Assembly (NCBI RefSeq): GCF_001949145.1
Contig: NW_019091359.1
Location: 974,381-1,038,380 of the forward strand
Origin: Acanthaster planci
Lineage: Eukaryota
Reading direction: 5' to 3'
DNA length: 64,000 nt
Positions within the stretch are counted from its first letter, which is position 1. Each line of letters begins with the position of its first letter. Below, in pieces: positions 1 through 13,300 of the stretch. A program made the translations under genes and the position numbers. The notes beneath the pieces were generated by a model. That model was given only the letters and a program-made list of their open reading frames with translations, was not told the origin of the DNA and ran no database searches.

Positions 1-860
1 CATCGCATAAAAGGAGTTCTGTTTTTCCTTTAATTTTTAACCATAAAATTTATTGCACATTTCCGTTTCGCCGATTGAGCTTTCAACTTAGCAAATCTGA
101 TCGTCTGAATGTCACAATAGCAACACACGCACTCACATTCTTTGCTTTAATTTGACGTGATAGTACCAAGGGGTCAAAATAAGAATATTTTTCAAGAAAC
201 CTTTCATTGCCAGTTGTTATAGGCTACATTTAGAGACTTTTTACACGTTTTCTGAAGAAAGAGAAATGAAATACACAAAATCAAATCGCCAACTTTTAAT
301 TATCTTGCCTTTTTGGGGTGGGTGGGAGTGGCCCCGGTTACCCTCCCCCATTCCGCCATTGAGTAGCACTGAGGAACTCGCCTTGACCTAATTTATAAAA
401 CCTAGGTGATCTAAACAAGATCGATTCATAATTCGTACATAAAAAGCCATTGAAGTCCAGTGAAAAGGATTCAGATACTTTGCATACCATTTTAGCAATT
501 TTGTTAGAATGCCATCACATCAATTACGAATCCGTAAATATGCATAGGGTATTAGCAATAACATCTTCAACAATCTATATTACTGACACTCCATCATTGC
601 CAAGGTATCTCTTTTTTCCTACCATCTTTTCATTCCGTCAGTAATGAATGAGCTTGAACTTCTGAGGGGCCGTCACAAGAAAGAAAAGTTTTCGCACTGT
701 ATTCTCAAATTAAATAAATAAATAAAAACAAAACATCTATCAACCCAGAAGAAAAGTTGTTTCAAGTTTCCCACAGTCTCTTGCTAATGGCGAAAAGATA
801 TTCCAGCCACCTACAGCAGAAAGAGTAGCTCGTAGCGTTTATGGCACATTACGTACTTAC

Positions 861-1090
861 CCTGTTTGAGAATCTTGACAAAAGAGTTTCCCAGCATGGT
901 GCAGTTCCAAAGATGGTACCTCAGCTGGTACTGACACTCCTTCATCGCCAGCCTCGTCCCCTTCACCACCTCGTCCACAATCTCGGGCTCCCGTCGGCAT
1001 ATGTCATGCTGTTTGTTGCCGCTGCCCCGGAGCTTGCGGGAGCGTCGGCAGATGCTGTTGGGGTCGAGGTTGAGGGGACTGCCGACGGCC
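861..1090 (-). CDS. WNT6: Wnt6 coding exon 2 (gene continues beyond window start)
   Basis: Acceptor ttgcag and donor gtaagt flank the exon. It translates (W)AVGSPLNLDPNSICRRSRKLRGSGNKQHDICRREPEIVDEVVKGTRLAMKECQYQLRYHLWNCTMLGNSFVKILKQ, matching the Wnt6 LWWAVGSPL..DP.SIC and ECQ.Q....WNC signatures. Phase matches exon 1. Confidence 0.93.
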
Positions 1091-4000
1091 CTGCAATGGA
1101 GTTTGTTGCAGTGAGGGCGTTAATTGTCCAGAATGAGCTGTGCGTCTTGATTGAAGAAAAACAACCAACTAAAAAATAGAACGACCAACAAACCGACCTA
1201 TACCGGTATCAACGACTAACAAACCGGCCTATACTAACGAAAATATCAGTTCCACTGAGTGCCTTTATAGTTCCATAGAAGTCGAGGGTTTTGCAATGAA
1301 ATCGAAAAAAGGACAAATCGCACTTTGGTCTAAGAATCCCTTTCAAAAGAATAATAAATTCTTGTGACCAAAAAATTGAAGTCTAGCCTCTGTTCATTTG
1401 TGTATTTTGTTGTTAGCCTTCTAAAAAGTTCGTCCACCGTTTTGTCCTCTCATCAATGTCACAACAGTAAACAAATCCCGGCACTACACCTCCTCAGTGC
1501 CACCGACAGTGAAACCCACGCACAGCTCTCCTCACATCTCAAATCCCGCCTACCTGGAAACAGTCTCACGACCCCGTAACTGCCACTCCAAAGCAACCGT
1601 GAAATTTGATTTTTCCCAGCCATAGGAGTTGGAAAATGTGCATGCTAAATGTTCAGATCAGTATACTCAAGATATGAGTCAGTTGGTTTTTTTTGAGCAT
1701 GCTTAATATCAGACGATCGCCAATAAAACGACAAAACCGTGATGACAGAAACTGAACAGGCCGGCTTCCGGGCCTCCGTGCAGTTAATAACCCACGACAG
1801 CCAAACTTGCGTAAGGTCGTAAATACGCCAGAGCCGCATGTTTAAAAGAGACGATATCAACTTTTACAACACTGGGCTGTTATCATTGCTGATCAGCGTT
1901 GATGATGACGGTTTACAAAGCGGTTTGCCTAAAGAAACCGACTTCACCAGCTACTTGCACGCTTGATTCTTCATGTTCATACAAATATAAATTCCTGGTG
2001 AAGTTCCGAGGGTAAAGCACGTCACTGTATGGTGAGAATGAGTGATTCATTCAGTCAGAATATGCCCAGGGCGCTAATATGAATATCATTTCGTTATCCG
2101 TGAAAGGCGGTGATGTGGCAACTTTTGCGTATTCTGATTTTAACAGGCCAAGTATCTGAATACTCAAATCTGGAGACAATGACATTGTTCAACAGTGAAA
2201 AGGGTCCTTGCAATTATGAAATTGAATAGGTCTGTGCATGAATATATTCATTTTTACTCTTTTGCATATAGTATTGAATTAAAGTGCGGGTTAAAACCAC
2301 CCCATACGTGGTATGACATGGGTACAACCAATCGATTTCTTTGAAACATATCTGCTAATTATTGGTTATTTTAATCAATATGTTTACATAGACGTCAGTC
2401 CTAAATGAAAAAATTCAAAAATCATAAAAACAACCTACTTGCCCATTTATATCCCGTTTATTTTGTGTGTGGTTTTCACAACACAAACAAATAAACAAAG
2501 CAACAGAGAAACAAACTTCGGCGGGGTCTCGGAGTAATTTTGGGGAGGGAATTTGTGATTTCAGGTAACGTTATCCCTTTTAGGTATAGGACAGAAAATC
2601 AAAATTAAACGGAACATGGTGAAAGACAGTTTCAGATTTTAAACACCACTTTCATTTTCAACAGTTTCATAGATGGTGTTAGGCCTTTTTTAAAAGGCCA
2701 TTCAGAAGTCCGCATTGCAACACACAATCCCGCATTGTTTATCATCCCACGACTTTAATGTTCGCCCGCTGTGTATTCGATTTGGCACTCCAAAAAGCGA
2801 CCCGCACCCGCCATAAAGCTAATCTGATTTGATTACAGTGTTTTGCTTCTCTATGATGCCATAAAGTTGTTATGGTAATTTTAAAGTACATGTACATGCT
2901 CACAGACAAAGAGGTTGGGGCCGACAGTAATGTCGTCCCGTCCCTAGCGACCGATAACTTTTTTATGGCCCGGTCCAAGGCCCCGTCCTCCCAAGCCCGT
3001 TATCGGGGCGAGACTGAGACACCACGCTTCACATACTTAACGCGAGGGCCTTGATAGGAACTCCGCGATACAGGTATTTCAAAACATTTTTTTTAATTGT
3101 TTGCAAAATGAGGCTGGCCTAAACGACTTCGATGCTTAGCTGGTGTACATGTACGTCGATTACTGGCACGTTACAAGGCAATTACGTCTTTCAGTTCTAA
3201 CACTGTCACAACGCCACTAGAACTTCAAGAAATGGAAAGTATACTACAGCTGCAGCTGTCTTTGATCCTAAAGCTACGATCCGTTCTCATTAATTTGGCT
3301 CAACCAATTCACGCAGACGCTTGGCTGTATCAGTTCGGGCCTTTACAAATTCAGTACAAAAACATTCTCATAGGATATGCAACCAGATTTTTCAACAAAC
3401 TACTGGAGTTTTCCGCCTCAAGGTTACCGTCACAAAGACAATACCGGCCGTTTCGAAGAAATCAGTGCGGTTTAGCATTATTGAGAAAACCAAAATTGAC
3501 GGAAAGTAAAGACAGAAGGAAGGTGTTAATAGAGAACGGATTCCCTTAGCTGTCTAGACGAGCTGCCATGCTCATCTTACTCACTGTCCGCACGTGGGCA
3601 TACTGCATGCACTGTACCAGTGCACTGTAAGATCTCCACACAAGAAATGCGACAAACCCTTTTGTTTTCCAGAGAAAAGGGTAAACTCCCTGATGCTGAA
3701 ATTCTCCACATGGACACCTCGGAGAAAATCCTGGAACTTTCTCCACAAATTCTCCATTTTAAGCGTGATTTCTTTTTGAGTGACAGGGACAGTCACATTA
3801 AGAAATTTTCTTTTATGATGCAACACTGTGCAAGTGGGAGCCGGCATGAAGTGCATTCATAGCGGCAACTTCAGTAGAGGCCATAACTTTTCTGTGAGAG
3901 AACTCTGATGGACTCGACTGTCAATGCCCCCAACTTTATTCAAAAGCTAGAGGCAAACACTAAAACCTTTAGGCCTTTGTCATATGATCAAACACTGTGT

Positions 4001-4215
4001 TTTTTGAAGTTGAAAAAAAGGAGAACGAAGTGTGAGTGGGATCTGATTTACCATTAACCATTAACGAGTTGAGTACCATTTTAAAACCCACTAGGAAATG
4101 GCAGCTACAGCTAATTTCAAAACATATTTGCCTCTAAAACTTACCTGCGCCACTAAATTAACTTAAACAGTTGAATAAGGAATGCAGTAAAAGAGGCCTA
4201 CGATTTTGTACTCAC

Positions 4216-4298
4216 CACCAGAGTCCAATGATATTCGTTGGTAGGATGAGGAAGAACAAAAGCCCCACGACAAAACTGCTGGAATTGTGCACCATCAT
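4216..4298 (-). CDS. WNT6: Wnt6 coding exon 1 (signal peptide)
   Basis: Reads MMVHNSSSFVVGLLFFLILPTNIIGLW+TG, then donor gtgagt. TG|G joins exon 2 to give LWWAVGSP. Hydrophobic signal peptide, with an in-frame stop and no in-frame ATG upstream. Confidence 0.9.
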
Positions 4299-4821
4299 TT
4301 CTCCAAGTCTTGAAGTGCCCTCGGAGTCTCGGCAAAACCCGGCCAACAATATACAAACTAAAACGTGGGAAAAGGATTCGGTAGGCAACCGCGGAAGAGT
4401 GTTATCGATACTTGATTTAGGGGGAAATGTTTGAGCTGTTCCAGGCGCGCCTACAGCTACAAGAGTTGGCCCCGGTCAGTGATCCAGTGCCGCTCCGGAA
4501 CGGTGATCAATCTATCGGCGGAGCTGGGGGAACGGTGAGCAGTGGGGCAGGGGAATATCCTCCCCGGTGCAGTCTCGCTCAAGTGCTGACAAGTCTCGAC
4601 CGACTTCGATGTAGGCCCGGGCTTCAATTTCGTGCTCTCAAAATATAGCACAAGAGAATCGGATGTGGCAGTCGGCAATTCGGATTGCCGTCATTCGACG
4701 TATTAGAATATCGCGCTTTAAAGTGTGGTTATCGGAGACAGAAGCTACAATGTTAGAATTGTCATTCGGCCGTTCACCGTCCAAACTCGGTTTTGAAAGA
4801 TTCCCTGTCTTTTCCGGGCAG

Positions 4822-4827
4822 TTTATA
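4822..4827 (-). promoter_or_regulatory. possible TATA box of Wnt6
   Basis: TATAAA on the minus strand about 525 bp upstream of the Wnt6 ATG, in a CpG-rich region. Motif only. Confidence 0.25.
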
Positions 4828-7800
4828 CTCTCTTCCTCAAAGCTCTTTTTAAAAGTCCCCTTTCTATTTTTCACGATCAGTCCAATGGTATCTTGTGTCT
4901 GGTTGAATCCTCATGCTGAACGAGTCGATGGGTTACACGTGGCCAGATTGTTGAAGGTACTTGACGTTTAATCCTGCCGCGCAACGCTGACCGGTCTCAA
5001 TGACTACCTCCTGACATCCAGGTCCCCTTCTTCAAGCCGTGGAGTACCCTTGATTCGCGGCTGAAATACCCTGGCAACCAACCACACAAACTCAGCCGAA
5101 GTGGGTTTTAATCTCACCCTCTTTTATTTCGCTGCGAACCGCAACAACAGGGTGGAAAATCGGCAGACGAGCGGGATCTTCGCAGACGAGCAGCCGGCAG
5201 TCAGTGTGTTAATAACCCACCGCCTATTCGCGAGTGTTCCGCTGTTAGACACAGTTGGGTTTTTTGTCCTATCGCGTATAGGTCGACTTTTCTCTAGCCC
5301 CGTAGCGTCAATCAGCACTTTTCAATGCTGAGGCGAGGTGGCCCATGCTGACCTGACGTACTCCATTTCTTGACTCCGCATGAGACGATTGTGATTTTCT
5401 TCTTCTGGACTGATGGGGGTGTCTCGTACGACTGCCGTTGAATTTCCAAAGAGGGTTGAAGCGATAGCTCCCCAGACACATTGCTGGAGATAAACAGCGG
5501 GCTGGGAGTGGGACTCACGCTGAACGAAATAAACAAGTTCGGTCTGGAAACCCCACATTAACTTCTGAAGCACTGGATCACCATTATGCACGAAGATATT
5601 TTCGTACAGATTCATTTTCTGAACTTTTTGATTGAGATAATGGGGTCGTGGTTTTGTTTACAATCAAGAGCGCACTCTGATTTAGTTGTCTTGGAATCAG
5701 AAAGAAGCTTGCTTTCTACAAGGGAAATCTCAGAAACAAAACCAAGACTAGTACATGCACAAAAGCGGACTGATCGTGACAGCGATCGAGGATCGATGAG
5801 GATTAAGGATGCGGTCACTAGCGTAACTAAAAAGGATCAGTTCTGAAAATTTTTTCGATGAGTTTGTATAGACGTGGCTCCATCTTTATAGGGTTGGAGG
5901 TCTCAAAGATTTTTGAGTCAAGCCAACAGTTTTGTCTTTTTGGAAGTCAAGAAGGGATGGAATGCAAAGGAACTGCAACCCTTCCATGCATTCCCACGTC
6001 CTGGAATTATCCAGTAAACTTCAAGAAAAGCCCCCATGAAGGAAAGCAAGTTGCATTACATAGTTTAGTTGATGTCTGTTTCTGCTGAAGATTGGTGGAA
6101 GGGGGCTGCTTGAAACTCTAGGCCCATTTGCCACGAGGTGAGCCATTTTTTATGCAAAACTTTGCTCCGAAATATTATGATTCCTTGATACGATGCGCGT
6201 GACTGACTGTATTCCATTTCTCTTCCTTTTTGTTTTCTTCGGTAAAGTTACATTATCCTCACTTGTGTTTTCTGTCAGGCTATTATACAATTTTCCTGAT
6301 AAATTGGGTAGAGAAAGGTCTGGGTCGGAGCGTTAGCAGGCACAAAGTGCCCCTAAATTTCAAGCGTATAGCTCATAGTCTCAGCTCCGGCCAAGACGTA
6401 GCGTCTGATACTAACTGTGCGTCATTGTAGACTCTTTGTTTTTTCCTGGGTCAGAAACACAGACTGGTGGGAGTTTACTAGTTCAATCACTGGGCAGTAG
6501 AACTGATGATGGCCAATTTATTGAAGGGAGAGGAGGGCATCTCAAGATTTAGGGTGTGCCGTCAAACAAGAGGTTGGTGCCGATTAAACGAGCAAGGCGT
6601 CATTTACACAAACTCTGCCGTTGTATGAGGGCGCTTTTGCTGCAGTTTGTTATTTAGGAACGAGCTAGTCGGATCACAATGTTATCAACACACTTGCGCG
6701 AATTCTTCGAATATTTATTTAATAATGGAGGGATGGCGAGTGGTGGGCGTTCCGACTAAATTTAAATTGAAAATCCTGTATTTATGTTTACAACGTTTTT
6801 TCTTTTTAAGATTTTGGTTTTCTTTGAAAAAAATAATGTATCAAGGACAAAATGTAGAAAAATGGTCAAAACTCGATGCAAAAATGTCAATTTGGCTTTA
6901 ACTGCAAGTGCGCGCTATTGTGCAAAGTAGTGGAATCACTCACCAGCAAAAGGTATAATTTCAAAGAAAGACATCGAGTTTTCCCGAATGCATGTAAATG
7001 TTCTAACTTCTCAGAACCCACCAACCCCGCTGGAAAACGAACGGAACAAGTTTGGAACCTGCGTGAGGACGGATGTGGATTGATGAATCGTGGAGTGAAG
7101 TCAAGCCGCACGGTGCTTCAAACCCTTACCCCCGTCACGCACCGACGATTACACATTCCTCAATGTGCCGACTTCCAGGGGCACGTACGAAACACGTTCA
7201 TATTCAGCGGCGGACACTGTTGACGGCGAGTCCAGGGGCGGATCACGCGCGCAGTCAGGGCTTGGTTGCCACCGTCCCGATTTTTGCTTCCGTCAGCGTT
7301 GGGATTTCAAATTTCGCTTTTGACATCTCCATTAGTTTCAGTTTGCAAACTGATACAGTCTGTCACCCCTGCATGCTAGGCACTGGTGCAGACGTCGTTT
7401 TCCTGACAAAAGTGCTGATGTTAGGGGCCGGTAATATCAAACTCCACTGGAAATGCGTTTAAATCTACACGTGCTTTCCCTTGCTTTCAAACACGCCTTC
7501 AAGATTACTGCGACCAAAATGTTCAATCCTCGATATGTATTTAAAGCGCGTGACACTTGCCGGCAGATTCGCTTCTGTGGTTCGCTGTCGGACTTTTGAT
7601 AGGCCTATATAGAAATTCCGATCTGAAATAATAACAGTGCTTATGAATTTAGGGCGGGTTATCACCAAGGTGATAGCTCGGGGGCGTGGCTATAACCTGT
7701 TTGCTTTCTTCTTCCGTCATTTTCCCCCTTTCATTATGTTTCTGAGTGTCATGCTTTAAAAATGCACATCAATATTGTACAAAAATAGTTCATTGTTCTG

Positions 7801-9975
7801 ATTGAGTGAAAAACGATTCAGTGTTAAAAATCAAGGATAGAAATCTTCTCTGTGATATTGTTTTGGTTGACTGACACACATTTGCGATTCAACATATTCA
7901 TGAAGAGGCTAGGCCCCTACAACTTAGTTTTTCAAGTGCTTATTGGTGCCGCCAAACAGTTCCCTTACTCGCCCAATTTCGTGTTCTACTTCAAATATAA
8001 CTATTAGAGAACGAGCAATGGGGTCGGCTTGCCTTTCCCACTAACCCTACTACATCCTATGGGTTTGTCGGCCAAGTGCCGGACGAGGCTACAACGGCTC
8101 CGAGTTCAAAGCGCTCCTTGTTTTCAAGGGACAACGCGTTTCTGTGGGAAACAGGTCACAATTGTCTTGGGCACGTCAACCTTGATTCGCCGACCGTTCA
8201 CCCAGTTTTTTTTTTTTGGCAGGAGCGCCCACCCCCCCTCACCTTCACCCCAAGTTCAGCTCAGCAGTGACTAGAGAGGACCCGATATCGATAGCGTGCG
8301 AGACGGGCCGGCCCGCTACCCATTCCCGACGATCGCACCGGAGATGACACTCAGACAGGAAGGGTGTCGGGGTCGAGTCCCATCATAAAACAAACCGCTT
8401 GAGTAGGATTTATCGGCTGAGCGACAGACGATGTCCATGAGCAGCAGTAACGTTGCACGTGTAGGCTGTCGAACTACTGCACATGAGCTGCGGAAAAACG
8501 GTAAGATTCATTCGTCGGCGTTATTGCTGCAAGGTTCCCCACACGCCATCTTCCCCTAACGGATTCCACCCTACAGATTCGACCACGTATCGTGCGTGAC
8601 AGATTTCACTGCGTTACTTGACAAGCCATGAGACACATCTAGAGTTACACCTGTGCAAAGATTCAGCCTGATTACACCAAGCACCCTGCAATAACGTCAC
8701 CGGTATTTCTCGCTGTCATTCGTGACAACGGATGATTTGTTTTTCCAGCTCCAGCTGTGGCATAACACATGCGCATGTTACTTTGTAACAATGGAGAGGT
8801 ACGTCAAAAGTTTTGAATATGTTGGCAAACATCAGCAAGACACCATATCACTCTACATATTCTACAAAAATTCACAGGCGCTCAGCTTCGGGAGGAAAGG
8901 TACCAGGTGGAATACAAAGTCTGCACCGGGCCTTCAACTCTGGTTAAACATCACGACCAGTACAAAATAGTAAAGACAGACAATGAAGCAGTAACCTGTC
9001 AACTCGATTCACAGAATGATTTTTAAGTCATGATATCATGAAACGCCGACAAACTCAAAAAGAAAAAAAAATAAACAATGCTATTCCAAGCTGGAGTCGG
9101 AAAGAAGTGTTTGCATTTGCGAAAGGGTTCAAACGTGAATGCAACATAAACCCAAGTCTACCTCCAGAAAAAAACCCACAAAATAACTTTGCGCAAAACC
9201 TCAAGGAAGTGAGATGCTGGAAGTTGAAACAACGTAATAAAGAGCGGATAAAGAACAAATTTTTATTTGGGGGGGGCACCATTTTTTGGGGGAGGGGGCT
9301 GAAATATTTTGATTTTTTTCATGTAGTCTTCAAGGCCTTTATGAGAGTTGAGGCTACATTTGGGGGCCGTTTGCATTCCTCTTATAAAAGCCACTTTTGC
9401 GGGGGGGGGGCCCTCTGGATCCGCCCTTGTCAAGCATATCAAAAGCCAAAGGCAAAGTGATCACTAAACGATCACTAAAACTCCATTGCACCATACGGTA
9501 ACTTTTTGTCAATAAAACGGCCAACATGTATTAGTTGGATGACGAACATACCTACTCCCAATATAGCAATCGAGAAGAAGAAAAAATGAAAAGAGGACAG
9601 TATGTTATTCCCGACGGTGTTTTTAGTCCATGAAAAAAATGACTAGATTCAATTCTATTTCTCTTTCAACCCTAGGTAAGTTAATTGTAGGCCAAAATGG
9701 AACTTCAGAGCATTATTAAAAAGATTTTTTTTGGGGGGGGGGATTTCCGTCCTCGACCCTGCAAGATTTCGTGCTATGTTCGTAATCCAATGAATAAAAA
9801 ATGCTGGCCTAAGCAGGTTTGAACTCAAGTGTGATAAACCTTGGAAGTGGTTGGAAACAAGTCATTAAAACTCTGCAAAACAACGCTGAAATGCATTTTA
9901 ACCAGCACAACAACCATGCATGAAAACGGAACATATTTCAAATCACCCGGAGAACCGAAACTGTAACACATACTG

Positions 9976-9981
9976 TTTATT
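9976..9981 (-). terminator. candidate polyadenylation signal of MPP7-like gene
   Basis: AATAAA on the minus strand about 1.95 kb after the stop, followed by GT-rich sequence. It coincides with the edge of the CpG-depleted domain. Confidence 0.45.
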
Positions 9982-10331
9982 GAGTGATGTGCCTCTGCTC
10001 AAATGCCGTTATGGTATTTAACATGCTATTTTTTTTACAAAATAAACATTTTCACTGAGTTAAGTGCATACTTAACAAAGAACCCAGCAACCAAATCAAC
10101 ATCCAGCTACCACAACAACTATGGAACAGATGTGTCCCTTTTTCAGTCAAATGAGTAATTGTCTCCAACCACATGATCTAATACTGCAGTTTTGATAAAA
10201 TTGATGTCATATGTGTTCATTTCAGTGTAATTATCAATCCAGTTTCCATTTCCAGCAGTGTCCAAATGAATGAAAACAGTGGCTGAACAAAGAAATGCCT
10301 CACGTGTACCTAAGCTACAATGTGTTTGTAA

Positions 10332-10524
10332 GGGCCCGATTTCGTAAAGCTGCTAAACTGGCACTAGTGCTTAACAAATTTATATGTTAAGCAAAAATCA
10401 GCCGGAACCAGTCATGAGAAATATACAATGCGCTACATTTTGTCTGGTAACCGACCCCTTCTAAGCCAATCATCTTCTGCACTGAGCAAACTTCTAAGTT
10501 TAAGCAGCTCTAAAAAGTTAGCCC
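10332..10524. mobile_element. MITE (GGGCCCAATTTC...-type TIR family)
   Basis: Degenerate TIRs gggcccgatttcgtaaagctgct / agcagctctaaaaagttagccc. Related copies at 15731, 19297 and 19854. Confidence 0.65.
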
Positions 10525-11931
10525 AAGCTGAGCACACTTTTCTCATGTGGTAGGCACAAGTTTTGTCCGTTAACTGTTGAGGAACACCCTCGACTTGCCA
10601 CTGGAAGGGAGATTTCTTTAAAAATACTGAAATAGCATGCCCCCCCCAAGAGGAAATACTGAACCTTTTTTTCAAAAGATGACAACAAACTTCCATGCAC
10701 AAGCCTTAAATAAACTGCATTTACATATTAAAATAATATTCAGAAGCATTTGGCAATAAAATCGCACACAAAGCCTGTCTTGATGGCTTCTCAAAAACAT
10801 TTAGCCAAAGTGGGAGTGCTTTGTCAGGCTCTGTGTTAGCATCAATAACTAAAGTAAGGTAAAAGCACTAAACTGACAGAAATAAATATGAAAAGCACCA
10901 AAAATTAAAACCAAACGGATTAAGTTGAAATATCATCAAACAATCAAACGGTAAAATGAAGAACTTGTACAATTCATGTTAAATAAAGACATTATTTGGG
11001 AATATCAACAGTTAAACGGATAAATAAAAAAAGTGATATAAACGAAAACATACCAAACGGGCAAAACCAACACAAAAACTTTGTTTGAGCATCCTATAAA
11101 TATATTGATAGAATTTTTTTACACTGAATCACCTACCATTCGTCAGCCATAAAATTTACTCTCCTTATAAACGTTTCTTGATTAACAAATATATACACCT
11201 GTATTTGTACAAAGTGAGAAAATAAATGGGCTGGAACCTGATTACTAAGAATAGATTTGTGATACAATTCCTGGACGTCAATGACAGAGCACAAACCTGC
11301 CACACTCTGTGTGGTGTACATGTAACATAATCACAACAAACCCTTAATATGTATTTAAATTTCAATATTTCGTGCAACTGCAATTTTTTTGAACACATTT
11401 CAGAGGTTCCCATGGAGGGGTTTTTACCAACAGGTGTTGGAGCACACAATGACCCTTTCCAGGGGTGTGCAAATGTTTCACAGATTGCACCCTTTCCTTG
11501 GCCCATGAGCAACTGGGAAGTCCCCTTTTTGTCCACTGTTACTGCACTCATAAATATTCGCATCCCAGGTCAAGAGGTCATCCTCCATATTATCAAAGAA
11601 ACTAACAAACTGATTTTACTGTAACTCGAGTGGTCTTAAAAGCTTTTAAGTTATAAAATATGCAACTTCTACTTGAAGTTTGGGTTTGCTACCTCTGTGG
11701 CAAAGATTACTTGTGTTACTTCAAAACACCCCAAAATCTGTTCTCGGAAGGTAAACGTAACTCCAATGAAAATTTTACACACAAAGAGAATGCACTTTAA
11801 AAAAAGTTGTTACAATACTCAAAACTGGTGAACTTTAGAGTAAGCGGCTTGTGTCCATTCCAAAGAAATAAGATTCTTTGCCACAATAACTTACTCCTCA
11901 TTTGGAAGGAGCAGGTAGTATAGGCTTCCAT

Positions 11932-12108
11932 CTACCTCATCCAAGCACTGGGAATCCACTGGGGCTCCACTTCGAGTTTCCTGGCGATGTCCATCAGTTC
12001 GTTGTAGGATTGTGTTAGGTGGTCGTTGACAACGACGGCGTCAAAGTAGTTTTTGTAGAGTGACTCCATGCGCATGCCGACATGAATCATGTCTACCATT
12101 TCCTCCTC
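11932..12108 (-). CDS. MPP7: MPP7-like coding exon 15 (GK C-terminus, stop)
   Basis: Acceptor gtacag, then EEEMVDMIHVGMRMESLYKNYFDAVVVNDHLTQSYNELMDIARKLEVEPQWIPSAWMR*. 177 nt. Confidence 0.92.
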   Translation of the reverse strand, partial: EEEMVDMIHVGMRMESLYKNYFDAVVVNDHLTQSYNELMDIARKLEVEPQWIPSAWMR

Positions 12109-13159
12109 CTGTACAACATTTCATCAGAGGAATATCTGTGATTACGTATGTGTCCAGACTAGGTGTTACAGGTGAGTTCAGGAAAGTCCTAGGTTGGAAC
12201 AAAATGGGCTCCTGTCCGGACTCGATTTCGGTCCTGGCTTCAGCAAAGCCTTAGTTATGCATTGGCACAACTCCACTTATGCCACATTTCTGTCGTGGCC
12301 CAAGCTACGGCACATTTCACACAACTCACAGAGCGCAAACATACAGGTCCATGCACTGTGCACCAAATTACGGTTTCACTTGAGCAAATCATGGCTTAAC
12401 TTGAACTTCAGTTTAGGTGGTGCAAGTTGCAGAGAACTCTAGTGTCCATCTGTTGCTAGTCAGTGCAGTCATGTGCAATGTGTCAATGACACCATTTTTT
12501 TCACGGAGACCAGGTTTGATGTTACTTCAGCCGCGAAGCCAACTGGGACTCTTTCCTAGTTTGTGACTTGTGTGTTATGAGTGCAGTGAGCAGCATAATT
12601 CAAACCCTTATGGGTAAATATTATGTTACTGGTAAGAACATACCCCATTATTCTTGGCTAAAAATCCTGACTTAAAAGAAAGAAGATATCAGGGTCATTT
12701 TATCCAAAACTAAATGGAAGCATTAAGTTCTGACTCTTTTGTACAAGATTCATGCAACAGTGTATTTGCTATGCACTCGGGCAATGCCAAGTAGTGATGA
12801 TTGCTACAATGGCTGGCCATGGCTCATGGGCGAGTCAAGGTACCATGCACAGTCATTCAGAACGTACTGAGTCAGACCCTGTGAGTGTTCAAAATCAAGG
12901 AAAACTGTGGAGGCATTAAACCATGTGTACATGACAAACATGTCACCCATTACTGCAAACAGAAACTTCCACAACGCGGTTCCACACTCCCTGTGAAACT
13001 GTCATTGGGAAATCATTGTGGATATACATGTCCTCCGACACAAAGTGGTTAAACTCGGACCTGCACTCCAGGCCCCCCCCCCCCAGCACGCTCTCAAATG
13101 GAGAGCCGAACATTTTGGTTCGGCAGGGTTAAATTCACTGAATCCCAGCAGCTACTTAC

Positions 13160-13300
13160 TGTGAAGAGTCGGTTGGCGTTCTTGTCGTGGCCCAGCTTGG
13201 TTTTCTGGACTTGCCTTGTCTGCCTCAAGACGTCCAGGGCAGGCGGCTTGACGTAGATGACGTACGGCTTGAGGTCGCTCTCTCTCAGCATCTTCAGGGC
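13160..13300 (-). CDS. MPP7: MPP7-like coding exon 14 (GK)
   Basis: aaccag/gtaagt. ALKMLRESDLKPYVIYVKPPALDVLRQTRQVQKTKLGHDKNANRLFT. Phase 0-0. Confidence 0.92.

Noticed and set aside
841..1179. 112-aa plus-strand ORF
   Set aside because: Antisense shadow of Wnt6 exon 2 with no recognisable protein features.
2339..8115. TCF/LEF-like CTTTGWW sites around Wnt6
   Set aside because: The few matches seen look compatible with chance in AT-rich DNA and do not cluster.
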